From positions 5,146,001 to 5,210,000 of the forward strand of contig CP075496.1 in assembly GCA_021613535.1 (NCBI GenBank): 64,000 nt of DNA, written 5' to 3'. The stretch comes from Adineta vaga. Lineage: Eukaryota > Animalia > Rotifera. Positions within the stretch are counted from its first letter, which is position 1; each line of letters opens with the position of its first letter. The position numbers were made by a program, and so were the translations under genes. The notes under the pieces are model-generated. The model saw nothing but the letters and a program-made list of their open reading frames with translations. It was not told the DNA's origin and ran no database searches. This document shows positions 12,636 through 30,074 of this stretch, in pieces.

Positions 12636-14539
12636 ATGAGTTCATCCAATAGTTCACAATCAAAATCAAACGCTTTGGAAGCGATTAAAAACTACCGTGT
12701 TTCCGAATTACAAGTTTGTCAATTCTTTTTCAAAGAAAAATCAATTAAAATCTTGCATTTGTTTTTTTTCGTTTAGGCTCTACTTGATCATGCAAATCAA
12801 TCTCGTCAAGGAAATAAACGTGATTTACTTCAACGTTGTAAATCACTTATTAACTCATATTTTACTCCTCAATTAGCAAATATAATTCAACAAATAAATA
12901 ATACTCGTTCAAAGTCATCTCGATCAAATCAAGTTTCATCTTCATCAACATCTTCATCTTCATCATCACGACATCAACCTATTGTTTTACCTAAAACACC
13001 TCCAATTGAAGTTTTACCACAAGCAAATCATATTCAATTTATAAGTTTACCATTCTTCGAAAAAATGCGTACAATTGACTGCGCTAATATACCTGTTGAT
13101 TGGCATACATTTTCACCGATTCGATTTGTTTTAAATGAAACAGATATTGATTTAATACGAAAGAATACTGCGAAAGTTTTCCTTCGCGTTGCTCCAACAA
13201 TTATTTCTGAAAGACACAATGATATTTTACCGCCCTATTTATTCGTTCAATGCAATGTAAGTATCTTTTTCTTTGTAAAGATGAAATATTCTCGATGTTT
13301 TTCTTTTCTAGAATCAACAAGTTATTAATAATAATGTTTCAAAACAAGTCGGTTCACAAGCACATGCAATATCTTTTCCAAACGATATTACAGATAAAAT
13401 AATACTCAAAGCAAATGCTAGTAATACTCTAACGTTTCTTTGGCTACAATCACCAACAACCATGTCCTTTAAAAATTTACCCCGTTCATACACATTAGCA
13501 ATTCAATTAGTTCATTGTGTATCAATGAATACAATTTTTGATATAGTTCTTAAACGTGAACCATATATCAATAAAACAGATCCTGATAGTGATATTGAAG
13601 TAGAAGATTTAGGTTTAATGACAACACGACATCGAGTTTCATTATTATGTCCAATCACACAAGCATTAATTATTGTACCAGCAAAATCTGCTTATTGTTC
13701 ACATTTAACATGTTTTGATTTGAAATCTTTTCTACAAATGAATCAACGACGTTTACAATGGACATGTCCACTATGTAAGAAATCAGCATCTTATGAATCA
13801 TTAAGAATTGATGAACGTTTACAAACTATTCTGTCAAATGTTCCACCAAATTGTTCGACAGTTGAAATTGATTCATCAGCTGGCTGTCAATATATATTAG
13901 ATACTGTTAAACAAGAAAAAATTGATGCTGTCGATTCAACACATATACAACAACATCATGAAAATGAATTATTACATGATTCTTCTATAAGTAAGTGAAT
14001 ATAGATTTGAATTCTCAGAAGAATTTTCTATTTTATTCTAAGGATCTCGTCGGCAATCAACTGAAAGTGAATGCATCGTTCTTTCATCTGGTAGTGAAAG
14101 TGAAAGTGAAGATGAAACAAACGATACTTCGCCATCTGTCTCTCCTACAACGCATCAACAAAATGATGAGATAAACAAACGAAGAGAAGCTTCGGATCAG
14201 TCTAATCATGGAACTCCATCAACACCTTCTCCAATAATATCAACTACGGATGATATTAATTATTGGGAAGATATTGCCCAAATAACATACGATCTATCTC
14301 CAGATCGAAATGAAGAAATTTCGAATCGAAAACGTACAAATAGTTCAACATCATCTGTTTTATCTTCAGCATCGTTATCCGTATCATCTACATCCACATC
14401 ATCCAAATCACATGATGATCGTCATCGTAGGAAAAGAAATAAACGATCATCATCAACAAGATCACGAACAGCTGATATCGAAGTTATAACACTTTCATCA
14501 AGTGACAGTGGTAGTGATATTGATGAAGATTTATCCTAA
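12636..14539 (+). CDS. PIAS: PIAS/Siz-family SUMO E3 ligase (SAP, PINIT-like region, SP-RING, SIM-acidic tail)
   Basis: SAP motif YRVSELQ|ALLDHANQSRQGNKRDLLQR; SP-RING VSLLCPIT...CSHLTCFD...WTCPLC; SIM-like CIVLSSGSESE and IEVITLSSSDS. Confidence 0.88.
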
Positions 14540-15012
14540 TAACTGATGTTCTTCCCTTCTCTTTTCTATTCAACTCTGTATTTTTCTTTTGGTCGTGTGT
14601 TATTATTTTTTCATAATGATTGTACATTTAGATCGTTATATACATATTGTTTACTAGTGTCTATTGTCTTAATCTGTTTGTACGTTTGGTGGATAAACAA
14701 GAGCTAGAGAATAACGAAAACAATTTCAAGAGCAGATTCAAACAACTGTTTTATCTTGATATTTCATATTATGTTCTAGATTTTTCTTTCTGAGTAAAAT
14801 ATATCGATGAATATATATATATTACATCTAAGTATAGACATTATTCTTGTTTAAAACGATAAAAAATTTCTTTTGTTTAATCATTGAAATATATATTCGA
14901 TGAACTTAAAATGTATAGTTACTTTTTATTCTGTAAATAGATTTTGATATGAAACGAAATCATTCGTACAAATTCTTTCTTTTGATCTATTATTTAATTA
15001 TTCTAGATTAAT

Positions 15013-16897
15013 ATGGCGGATTTTACATCTGTTAAATTATATATTTATGACATCTCATTTGGTCTTGCTAGTGCCTATGGTTCCAGTTTACTTGGTATTT
15101 AGTCATCCATTTGTTTTCATTACTAAATCACGATCGATTCATATTTAGGTAAACAAATTGATGGTGTTTGGCATACAGGTGTTGGAGTACATGGACGAGA
15201 ATATTTATTTGGTTCCAGTGGAGTTTCATATACAGCTCCGGAAGAAATTCATCGACAAGGATTAGCACCGAAACCTAAAGCGTAAGTTTTTTTTAAGAAA
15301 TGATATTCATGTTCAGATATGAATGAAATTTTGATTTTTTTTTAGAAAGAATCTTGGTCATACAAAGAAAAGTCCTGCTGAAATACAAACATGGATTAGA
15401 GAGAAAAGTTCGAGTAGTTTTCGGTAATGTTTTGTTTTTTTGATTAACGTAAATAATTGCAAGTCATAATGATATTTCGTTTTAGTGGAGATCGATATGA
15501 ATTACTTGATTGGAATTGTAATAATTTTAGTGATGAATTTACGAAATTTCTTCTTGATAGTTCAACTTCTTTGATACCTGAAGAAATTCTTGAATTACCA
15601 AGATTTGTTAAAACAACGTAAAACAAATAACTTTCATTTCCATTTGCTTTTTCAAATCTATTTATGTTTTTTTTAGACCATTAGGAAGAATGCTTCTCTC
15701 ATTTCTTAACAAAGATCCTATATCAATTGCACAGCAAAATGGAACAAACAATACTTTTGCTGATTCTTCCATGCATATTATACCATCAACGACAAATAGT
15801 AATACAAAATTAGATCATATTCCTGCACGACATTGCATTTTACCAACAATGGATAAATTAAAACCACGTGTTGATTTAATAGAAGGAAAATGTAATCGAT
15901 CATTGACGGTCAATGAAAAAGAACAATTGAAAGATATCGATCATTTACTTCGACCAGATGGAAATAGTTCACCTTTATTAACTCGTGATCATTTCATGCT
16001 TTTAAGTAAAGTTGAATCGGTTTTTTCTCCTTAGTGGAAAGTTTCATCCTAATTTTTAGTTTCTTTAATGGTGAATGCAATTGAAGAAGAATCTGGTCAA
16101 AAATTAATCTTAGAAGTTCTTCAATTATTATCTGAATACGAATTTGTTATTAAAATTTTAAGTGAAATTAAAGGACAAGAATCTCCGATTGAATTATTGA
16201 AAGGTTTATCGGAACAACCAGAACAGATTCAAATCGAATTTTTACGTTGGGTAAAGACACATTAACGATGATTTTTATCTATGACATTCTTCGAAACTTA
16301 CATTCGAAAAAGATAATTCTTCATCATTTTTTCCATTTAGTTTTCTTCGATTGCAGCTACATCGAACGGACGAACAATGTTAATAGATATACAAGATAAT
16401 ATAGCACCAATATTCACAGATTCGATTCATAATGAAACGACATCAACGAAAGTTAAATATGAAATTATTGTGGTGTTACATAATCTTCTATGTATCAATA
16501 CAGATACTCGAGTAAGAGAAAACTGAGTTGATGAATGAAATTTTTCACATCCCTTTTCATTTCGATAGTAATCTGAGAACGAACTAACTATCTATAAATT
16601 TTTCTTTTCTTTAGTTAAGTTTCATGAATTCCATTTCTATTGGATCAGCTATGGTTCAATACATGGCTACTCCAGTAAATAGTGATGAAGCAGAAACATA
16701 TCTTGCTGTTTTTATTGCATTAGCCGATGCAGAAAAAGATGTAAGTTTATTCATTCATCGACTAAACAAAAACAAGTTATTTCTTTTAGCTCTATGGTAT
16801 TGCCCAAGCTATGGAATTTACTCCAGATTATTATTCATCTCTTGTTGGATGTCAACCAATAATTGCAAAGATAAAAACAAATTTTCAAAATGTATAA
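15013..16897 (+). CDS. DESI1: DESI1-like PPPDE deSUMOylating/deubiquitinating peptidase with a C-terminal helical (PUL-like) region
   Basis: Short exons read VKLYIYDISFGLA...GKQIDGVWHTGVGVHGREYLFG (catalytic His) and YELLDWNCNNFS (catalytic Cys). The last exon is 16790-16897. Confidence 0.85.
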
Positions 16898-17430
16898 ACA
16901 ATTCCAGTACAATTTTCTCTGTTAAAATGCGAACAACACCAATAAATACATTGACTCAAATGGTTTTCCTTTTCTCATTTAAACACGAATTGACATATAT
17001 ATGCATTAAAAATCATTTGATTCTTGCTTTCGTTTTTTTCTATAAATTATATATATTTATTCGATTAAAAATGTCGTCAATTGATTTTATAATTCATTCA
17101 TACAACACAAGACAAGAATAAAAAATATGTTAAGCAGTTGAATTTAAGATTAAGCTAAAAGAAAGAAACAAAAGTAAATGAGTATTTCATATAGAAGAAA
17201 AAAACAAGTATGGCGGAAGGAAATCACATCTGACATGACAATACAGTGACTAGGACATTCACCTTGTTTGATGTCTGTATCATATTGAGAGAAATGATGA
17301 CTTCTCCCTGAAGTTACAGACAATAAACTGTCAACTCTTTTTCTTTTCATCAATGCTAGATTTAAAAAAAACGAAAGTGTTTATTTTTTGTATTGATTTA
17401 TGCATTTCCAAGTTTAGAGCATATAATCGA

Positions 17431-20269
17431 CTAGGAATCATTACCTTGTTCATCTTGATCCAAATCTCCAAAGATCATTTGGATATCATTTTTAACTTGT
17501 TGAATATCTGAAGAAACTTCAATAGCATTATGAATAAGATCTTTACCATAAAGAGCACGAAGACTAATTAGAAAATACAAAAGAAATTTTATGATTATTG
17601 TTACGTTAGAAGCAATTCTAGTTAACGAACCTAGTTGGTGCTGATTCTGATGCTTTCGCTGGTTCTTCTGGTCCAACAACTGCTTGCCAGCTTTTACCTG
17701 CATCTTCTTTTGCTAAAACTAATAATTCTGATGGACCGCTAGAAGAAAATCAACATTCGAATGAATTTGATATCAAAATTAACAACAAACCTTGTCATAT
17801 AATGAACTAATTCATCATAATATTCTTTGCCATGATGTGACTTTTGAAGGTGTGCTACTTGTTCTGGTGTTAATGTTTCAGTTTTACGTGCCATAACAAA
17901 GAAATGAGCTTTTCGAAATGTATCGATAATTTCCGCTAGAATTACAGAGAAATCAATAAAATAAATTCGTACGAATATATAAATCTTGAATATTTTTACT
18001 TCGTTGTTGATCAGTTAGATTTGGTTTAAGAATAACTAATATACGTTCTTCAGGAAAGAAGAATTGTAAATTACGAGTTGCTTCAGTACGTGATCGTGGA
18101 GCATGTAATGAATTAATTTTCGCATCAACAATGTCAAAATCATGTCGAAATCTATAGTAAACAAATAGAATTATTTATATCTTCATGGAATTCGAATCAA
18201 TCTTACGTTCCAGTTGCTTCTTTTATACGAATCTTCTCAGCTGGACCAAGTAAAGTACGAAAACCTTGTATAGCATCTTTCTTTGTCAAATACAATGCTA
18301 ATGATGGTCCACTAAGAAAAACGATTTCATTAGAGATTCATATTCATCTTATTTTTCTATACCTTGTCATTTCATGAATAAGATCTTGATAGAATGGTTG
18401 ATCTTTCTTTCCTGCATAGAATTGTTCGGCTTGTGCTTGTGTTAATTGAACTTCAGCGGTACGTGTTACATCGAAGCCACTTTCTTGAATTCGTTTAATA
18501 ATCGCATCTAAACACGAGGAAAAGCGTTATTTTTCTAGAAGAATCTTCATATTTGCAAAACCTTTGTATAATTTCAATGCACTTGGACGTACAAGTGCTA
18601 ACGTTCTTTCTATTTGTTTTTCACGTGCTGACTGTGGTTTTTGAGCAATACTTGGTAACAATAACATTAGTTCTCTAGAAGAAAAGAACGCATCTTGAAC
18701 TTAGTGTTTTATTCTTTGATTTACTCACTGCTGAAGAGTATCTGTTGATTGTGTACAATCAACATGTGCTTTTAATAATTCATCAGAATTAACAAATTCA
18801 CGAAATTCTTCCACAGTAGTTTCTTTTCCATCCGTTTTTTGTAATAAGAGAACAATTGATGGACCACTTGTTATACGTGTTATATGCTCATCATAACCTT
18901 CCTAAAAAAGATACAATCAATTGGATTTTGTTTATTAAGAAAAGAATATCAATAACAGACTTGATTCATTCGATGACGATGTATTTGACGTGCATCATGT
19001 TCATTAAGATGATGTTCTTGTTGTAAGAGAATTCGATATCCTGCTTGTGTTATCTGTCCAAATAGAATCTCATGAAATTATCAATAATAAAAGAAATTTC
19101 ATGTACCTTTTCAATAATTTCTTCGACTTTACCATCTGCATAAGCATCAGGATGAATAATACCCAATGTATATTGATGACTAGCTAAATACTCTCGTCTT
19201 GTTTTTCTATACAAAAAACAACACTTCAAATGTTTTACTTACCAACAGCATTGACAATAGATGGGCTACGTTTACGATTTGCTCCAGCTGCTGCTTCATC
19301 GTCATCTTCTTCTTCATCGACCGGAAGTTGTACACGATGCTAACGAAATAAAAATATGAACTTACAAAAATGAATTAAAAAGGAAATTTTGTAGAATTAC
19401 TTCAGCACGTTGACCACCTTCTTTCAAAACTTTTTTTTCTTGTTCTAAATTCGAACTAATTTTTCGTTGTAACTCAGGTGCATTAGCTCCAATGACTGAA
19501 TCAACGAGAACACCACTCTAAAACGAATTTATTAATAATTCATTGACAAAATTAACGTTTATCCTACTGCATAGAAAAGAAAGAATGGTTCACATCGTCC
19601 ACGATATTTTTCCAGTGAATCAATAGTATCTGCTTTAGCCTAAAGAATAGAAAATCGTTCTCAGTATTTAACTTACATAATTTTTTTTTATCTATTCAAT
19701 ATTAGTGTGCAAGATTATTTCTTTTACAAACAAAAGCGTGTAAATTGATGTTAACTCACAACAGCAAAAGCCAAAAGTGGGTCGCCGAGCGTATTCTTAA
19801 TCGCTCGAAATTTTGCTTCCAATGCTTTACATGGTCCGCCATAAGATTGATAAACATCGACGACTAAAATAAATGTGTATACATCAAGTGTAAAAATGAA
19901 TATACAATATAATAATGTGTGTCATCAGTGATTATGTATAACAACATCGTGTGGATAGAGATACAATATATAGAATGATTATTACAATAGCAAATCGCAA
20001 TAATGGTTCTTCGCTTTCGAATTTAATCTTTTTGAAATATCCTTCTGCACTTTTACATGGTCCTGCCCATTGTTGATAAATGTCGACAACTGAGAATGAT
20101 AGATAAAGGAAGATTTTGATGAAAATGAAAAAAAAAAGAAAATCGATCAATTAAAAATGATTGTATTTTAACAATCACCTGTGAGTCCTTCTTTATTAAT
20201 TGCATCATTCCAATCTTCTTGTGTTTCAAGTTCAGTTTGTAAAGCGATTTCCTGACGACGACGAGCCAT
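17431..20269 (-). CDS. NME8: NME8/TXNDC3-like protein (thioredoxin + three NDK domains; dynein-intermediate-chain type). The 3' end may extend into an extra exon to ~17150
   Basis: MARRRQEIALQTEL...VVDIYQQWAGPCK thioredoxin fold, followed by three NDK repeats (YTLGIIHPDA, ERTLALVRPSA, ERILVILKP, each with TSGPS). Confidence 0.88.
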
Positions 20270-20348
20270 CTTTTTCCAATCTTTCGAATAGAAACAAAAT
20301 GAAATATAAATAAAACATATTCGCCATCATTGAGTTTTTACATATGAG

Positions 20349-20362
20349 ATTACCATGGTGAT
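20349..20362. promoter_or_regulatory. Possible RFX X-box upstream of the ciliary NME8-like gene
   Basis: ATTACCATGGTGAT is a near-palindrome resembling GTTNCCATGGNAAC, ~80 nt upstream of the ATG. The terminal bases mismatch. Confidence 0.3.
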
Positions 20363-20591
20363 TTTAAGAAACAGAGGTTACTAACAGACATAAAAAGAAC
20401 TCATCGACTGTATATACACACGGTTACGACATCTGTGAGAGTGTTTATTATATTATATATGTGCGGAATCAGAAAGATGTCTGTTTTTAATGAATTGTGA
20501 TGTGATGATAAATCAACTACAAGTACAGAATACATAACTAGATAATAAGCATTGATTAAAGTTCGTAAAAAAATAGTGTCCAAAGCAATTG

Positions 20592-21826
20592 TTAAATAGC
20601 TCGATAGATTATTCGTTCCCAATCAAATGCGTTATGAAGATTCTTGACTTTTCCGCATCTATCACCACCACCCCGATGAACGTTCGATCGAAGTGACCAA
20701 CATAATCGATATTCTGAATATTGATCATTTGAATCACAAGGATTTAAACGAACTGAACTAAGAAATGAATTTTGATTGTTATAATAATGTGCTGAAGTGA
20801 AGTTCTAAAATAGAATTTTACAAGTGTTATTATTAAATCTACAATTCATGAAACGCATCCTGTCATGAATACAATAATATTAGTTTCATTTGTCTTACTT
20901 TTGGTCTTCCTTCAAAACCCCAAGCTTGATCATGTCGATAGAAACCAATGCCATTCTTTATATCAAAAGTACATTCATTAGAATTGGAACAATGTGATGA
21001 CTGATCTTGGGATATAGTTACACCAGCTAAAGTTAATGTTTCTGTGTTATTAACAAGATTACAAGCGACTAGAAATCTTCGACCTATGCATTTGATCCAA
21101 GCTGATTCAAGATCAAGTGGTGTTTCATATTTACTTCGATAACATTCTTGCCATCCTATTAGCGATTTTATATGTAAGTTTGTATATACACCGTTTAGAG
21201 GTGATAAAAATTGTTCAGCTAAAAGGATAATTTCATTTACAGATGAAAATATTGATAATATTTGCAAATAAATCTACATACGACTGAGACCCAAATCGGA
21301 AATTAAATCGGAAAAATTTGTTTGTATTTTGGCAAGTGGTGCATCATAATGAATTTCATAAGGTGATAAGTCTTGTCTTCGTTTAATAGTCCGTAATTGA
21401 TCCAGAAGATACTTGAACTGTATAGGATTATAGTCGAAAAAAACTGCATTGAACTGATCTTTTGATTTATGAACTTCTGTATTATTTTTCGAAAACATAA
21501 GTGCTAATTTAGAGTTAGGTACAGCAGTTAAAGTAGAACGTAATGTTGTTATTCTTTCACCACCAATGTTTAATTCGATCACATCATCATCATCATCATC
21601 AAATAATTGTGTAGAATTCCCATCCAAAGTAGTAGCAGTGTTTGCTTTAGCAAATAATGAAAGTTCTTCATTTGTATATTCTTTGTATGCTAGTCCTCTG
21701 AAGTCTCTTGTATGAAATGCTGTACTTTGCTTCAAGAGGAAAAACCAAAGAATCTATGTACAGAAGTAAAATATTGTAAATTAGGTCATTCAAAAGGCAA
21801 ATACCTACCAATAGAACAGAATACAT
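20592..21826 (-). CDS. Signal peptide + KCTD-type BTB/T1 domain + Cys/Trp-rich C-terminal domain (paralog B)
   Basis: An 18-nt first exon (MYSVLL) splices to ILWFFLLKQSTA. BTB reads VIELNIGGERITTLRSTLTAVPNSKLALMF...FFDYNPIQFKYLLDQLR. The C-domain reads GWQECY...GIGFY...WGF...YRLCW...GDRCG...WERIIY. Confidence 0.82.
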
Positions 21827-22209
21827 CAACAAAGATTTCTTCGACGTATACAATACACCAAATAAAATAGTTTATTCTCATTCTTCTAGATATATAGTAT
21901 GTTATAAGACTAATTATTTTCGTCTAGAATCCAAGTCATAGTGCGAAGATTATCTGTCAACACTTGAAAAGAAAATAGAAATTAAGATATATTATGTGAT
22001 GAGTATATTAAGTATAGATATTGAGTGTATTGCAGTATTTTCAATAAGCAGATCGAACCTTATCGACATGAGAAAGAGCCATTCTTCAGTTTCTTTGTCA
22101 TTTTTATTTTGAATAAAACTCCTAATTCGTGTATAAATATATGAAATCAAATACAATCAAGAATAGAACTAAAACTAAAATATTATTAAGTTGAGATCAT
22201 GCAATAAAA

Positions 22210-23557
22210 TCAAGCAATATAATAAATAAGACGTTCCCATTTCTTAGAATCTTGTAAACTTTTTGCACTACCACATCGATCTCCATTACTCTTCTTGATA
22301 TCTTTTTGTGATGTCCAACAAAGTCGATAATCAGAATCTAAACTACTCGAATCACATGGATCAACAACGAATGATAAAGATCCACGAACAAAACCCCATG
22401 TTTGATTATTTGCATTATACCAACCAACTCCTCGTTTTGCTTGTGTAATACATTGATAATTTGATGAACATGCTAATTTCTTTGGTTTCTTTTTCGATTT
22501 TCCATTCGATTTACATTGTTTTGGTAAACATGGATGAGAAACATCCTCATATTGTCCAATACCAGCAAGTGTTAAGATCTTCTTGTTATTTACATGACGA
22601 CATGCAACGAGAAGTCGACTACCATTACAAGTTTTCTTTAAAACAGAAAAATCAAACGGAACATCATATGTACTATGATAACATTCTTTCCATCCAGTAA
22701 GAGAATTAACTGTTAAATTAATATGTGTACCTTCGGTTGGTGATAATAGAGAATCAGCTAAAATCGAAATAAAAAATTAGATTAGAACCTGAACATTTGA
22801 GAAGACTTTACTTAAAGATATTTTGTCTTTCATCATATCGGCCTGACTATTACAGGTTTTAGGTTGAAAAATCCCTTGAAAAAAATTCATCGTCTTATGA
22901 TTATTATCACGAAATTAAAGATATGTGTGTGTGTGTGTGTTCTTCATTATTAGAATATATCTATTCTTTTTCACTTACGTGTTAAACCAAGATCAACAAG
23001 CATATGAGTAAAATTCACTTGAGAATTGATATACGGTGCTTGAAATCGAACTTGATATTCTGGTTTATTTGGCAGACGTTTTAAAGCTCGTAATTGATCA
23101 AGTAAATAACTGAAATGTATTGGATTATAATCAAAGAAGATAGCACCATATTTATCCATCGGAACATTTTGATTACCATTCTTTTTGCTAAACATACGAC
23201 CTAATTTTGAATTGGGTATAACTGTTAATGTTGAACGTAAAGTTGTTATTTTTTGTCCACCAATATTTAATTCAATCACATCATCGGATAATGCAACTGA
23301 TGTATCAATCTTTTCATCATGTTCAATTTCTGATGGAGTTGAAATTGTTGTTAGTTCTATCATTGTTGTCTCTTCATTAACGATAGTAGTATCAGCGATT
23401 GTATCATTTGGTCCCTCATTAGTATTAATTGCAGCTGAATGAACAAATACTTGTTGATTTACAAGTATGAATAATGTTATCTAAATATATTCGAAGAAGA
23501 GTTTTAAAACAAAGAATATTGATGTAGAAGTATACGTACAGAAAGGATTGAAAACAT
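22210..23557 (-). CDS. Signal peptide + Thr-rich linker + KCTD-type BTB/T1 domain + Cys/Trp-rich C-terminal domain (paralog A)
   Basis: An 18-nt first exon (MFSILS) splices to ITLFILVNQQVFVHSA. BTB reads VIELNIGGQKITTLRSTL...FFDYNPIHF. The C-domain reads GWKECY...GVGWY...WGF...YRLCW...GDRCG...WERLIY. Confidence 0.82.
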
Positions 23558-24570
23558 GACTGACAATGTCTGTTTGACGATTAGTTATGAATGGCTATCA
23601 TCATCACCAGACAGAGAGACTTCTATTAGATTTATCACACTTATCGACTGTTTTCTTTTCCAGAATAATATATCTCTTTATATACATATATAAATGAATG
23701 AGACATCATATTGCTAGAATAAATCTCTAAATAAGAGAACATTACAAGGAAATACGTTTCTCTTTTTTTCCCCTTCTTTCATACAATGTTTTATTTATTT
23801 ATGTATAGATGGATTTATAATTTGTTTCATGGTAGTCCTTGATTAGATCTCTAGAGACGGAAAGTATCAAATACAATGCCCTTCTTTAATATATATTCGA
23901 GTTGTTTATTCATTGATAGAAATACATATATAAGTATTATCATCATTTGAGAATATCACTTACATTTGTCCTCGTAAAAACATATATATATATATATATA
24001 TTGTTTGAACATATGCAATGTAGAAATCGATACATAATTAGAATGACAAGATGTTAGTATAAGAACATATTTGTTTATCTAGAATGGTTGCACATGATTG
24101 ATTCTCATGGTCTTAGTTGATTTATCGTCTTGAGTGTTATACAGACTTCGAATTTGAATGAATGTGAAAGTAAAGAGAAAATATATATATTCTCGATAGA
24201 ATAAATCACGTATCAATCAAGAAGTGATTAACAAGACGGAAACGATTTGTATTGATATAGAATTCAGATCTATATATATATGTGCAAATAATCAGAAATT
24301 TCTTGTAAAAATGTACTTGAAGTAGATTGATGGATTATTCTTAGTGTACATCTGTCGATTATCAAATCAAGGTTTTGTCATCTAGGTCATGATTAAATCA
24401 AATTAGTTCTTTTCTGAAAAAGGAAGATTAAGTCAAGACATGTATATATACAATTTCAACTTGATGATCCAGTATATTTATCAAATCAAATACTATCGAT
24501 TAATATTTTGTTAAAATGAATCATATTTATGTAGTCCATGGATGATGTGAATATGTTTGTTAACCGTCCA

Positions 24571-24984
24571 TCATTGCTTTCTAGTTATCTTGTAATTGTT
24601 AATCAAAATATGAATGACATCGTCGATAAAATCGTTTCTTTGATATACCCAAATACATATATATATATATGTCTCTATGATTTCAATATACATTGTTATC
24701 TTATCCAAGATTCTTTTATTAATAATTTTTTCACGAAAATGTTGAGTAAATAATCGAGAGGAATATTTAAATGAATCGTCAGTAGGCCCAATGATTTGCA
24801 TTGTCAATAGAAAAACAATACTCAAGGAATACCATAAAATCATAACAATGAGAAATATAATCGCACCATTTGAATTGGACATATCTGTTGATAGATGTCC
24901 CGATACTATAGTAATATTACTTATCACTATTATATTATCAGTAACTTGAAACAGAGAGAAATACAAAAAATGTAGGACATGCAA
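24571..24984 (-). pseudogene. Divergent or degenerate paralog of the 611-1518 membrane protein
   Basis: NGAIIFLIVMILWYSLSIVFLLTMQ aligns with NGAMLYIITVLLWYSVGVILILAMQ. At the position of the paralog's intron donor the sequence reads G-ATAAG rather than G-GT, and similarity fades afterwards. Confidence 0.45.
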
Positions 24985-25653
24985 TCATGCATACACGATG
25001 AGTTGTAATATCTATATATTTATCATTCGATACAATTATAAATATATATGTAAATTGAATACAAACAATGTCATCGATACTTGATAAATTTTCATTTAAA
25101 TATTAGAAAAGCCATCTCTTACATAATCATTAAAGTCGTATGAAAGCCATTGTGACGCTGTTTCCTGATATTCAACTAGTTCTATTTGCAATTCAGTGAT
25201 TTTGTTTTCATTTCAAACAAGCACATCAATGTTAGTCAATGATCAACACAAAAAAAGAAGACATTACATTTATCAATAAGGACAAAAGAAAGAGAATTGA
25301 ACGAAATAAAGGTTTTCTCCCTATGATATCTTAGTACAAAACAACGAACGAACAAACAAAAAAGACAAGACATATATTAGTAAGGAAAAGAGTAGAAAGT
25401 TGTTGTGAATTGAAATATATTTTCAATCTTAGGTTGACATTAATAGAATAGAATCGAACCGTATCAAAGGTATTGACTAAAATACAAAACAAAACAAAGG
25501 ATAAGATGATTGATTTTGATTGTAGTTCGTTTCGTTTTTTGTTTGTAAATTATCATTGTAAAATCAATAGTCAGTTTTCGCAAGGTAAATAGTGAGAGAG
25601 AAAAAAACGAAGAAAATAAAAATAAAAAAATGGTAAAAAATACAGTCTGAGAT

Positions 25654-30074
<4,421 letters not shown>

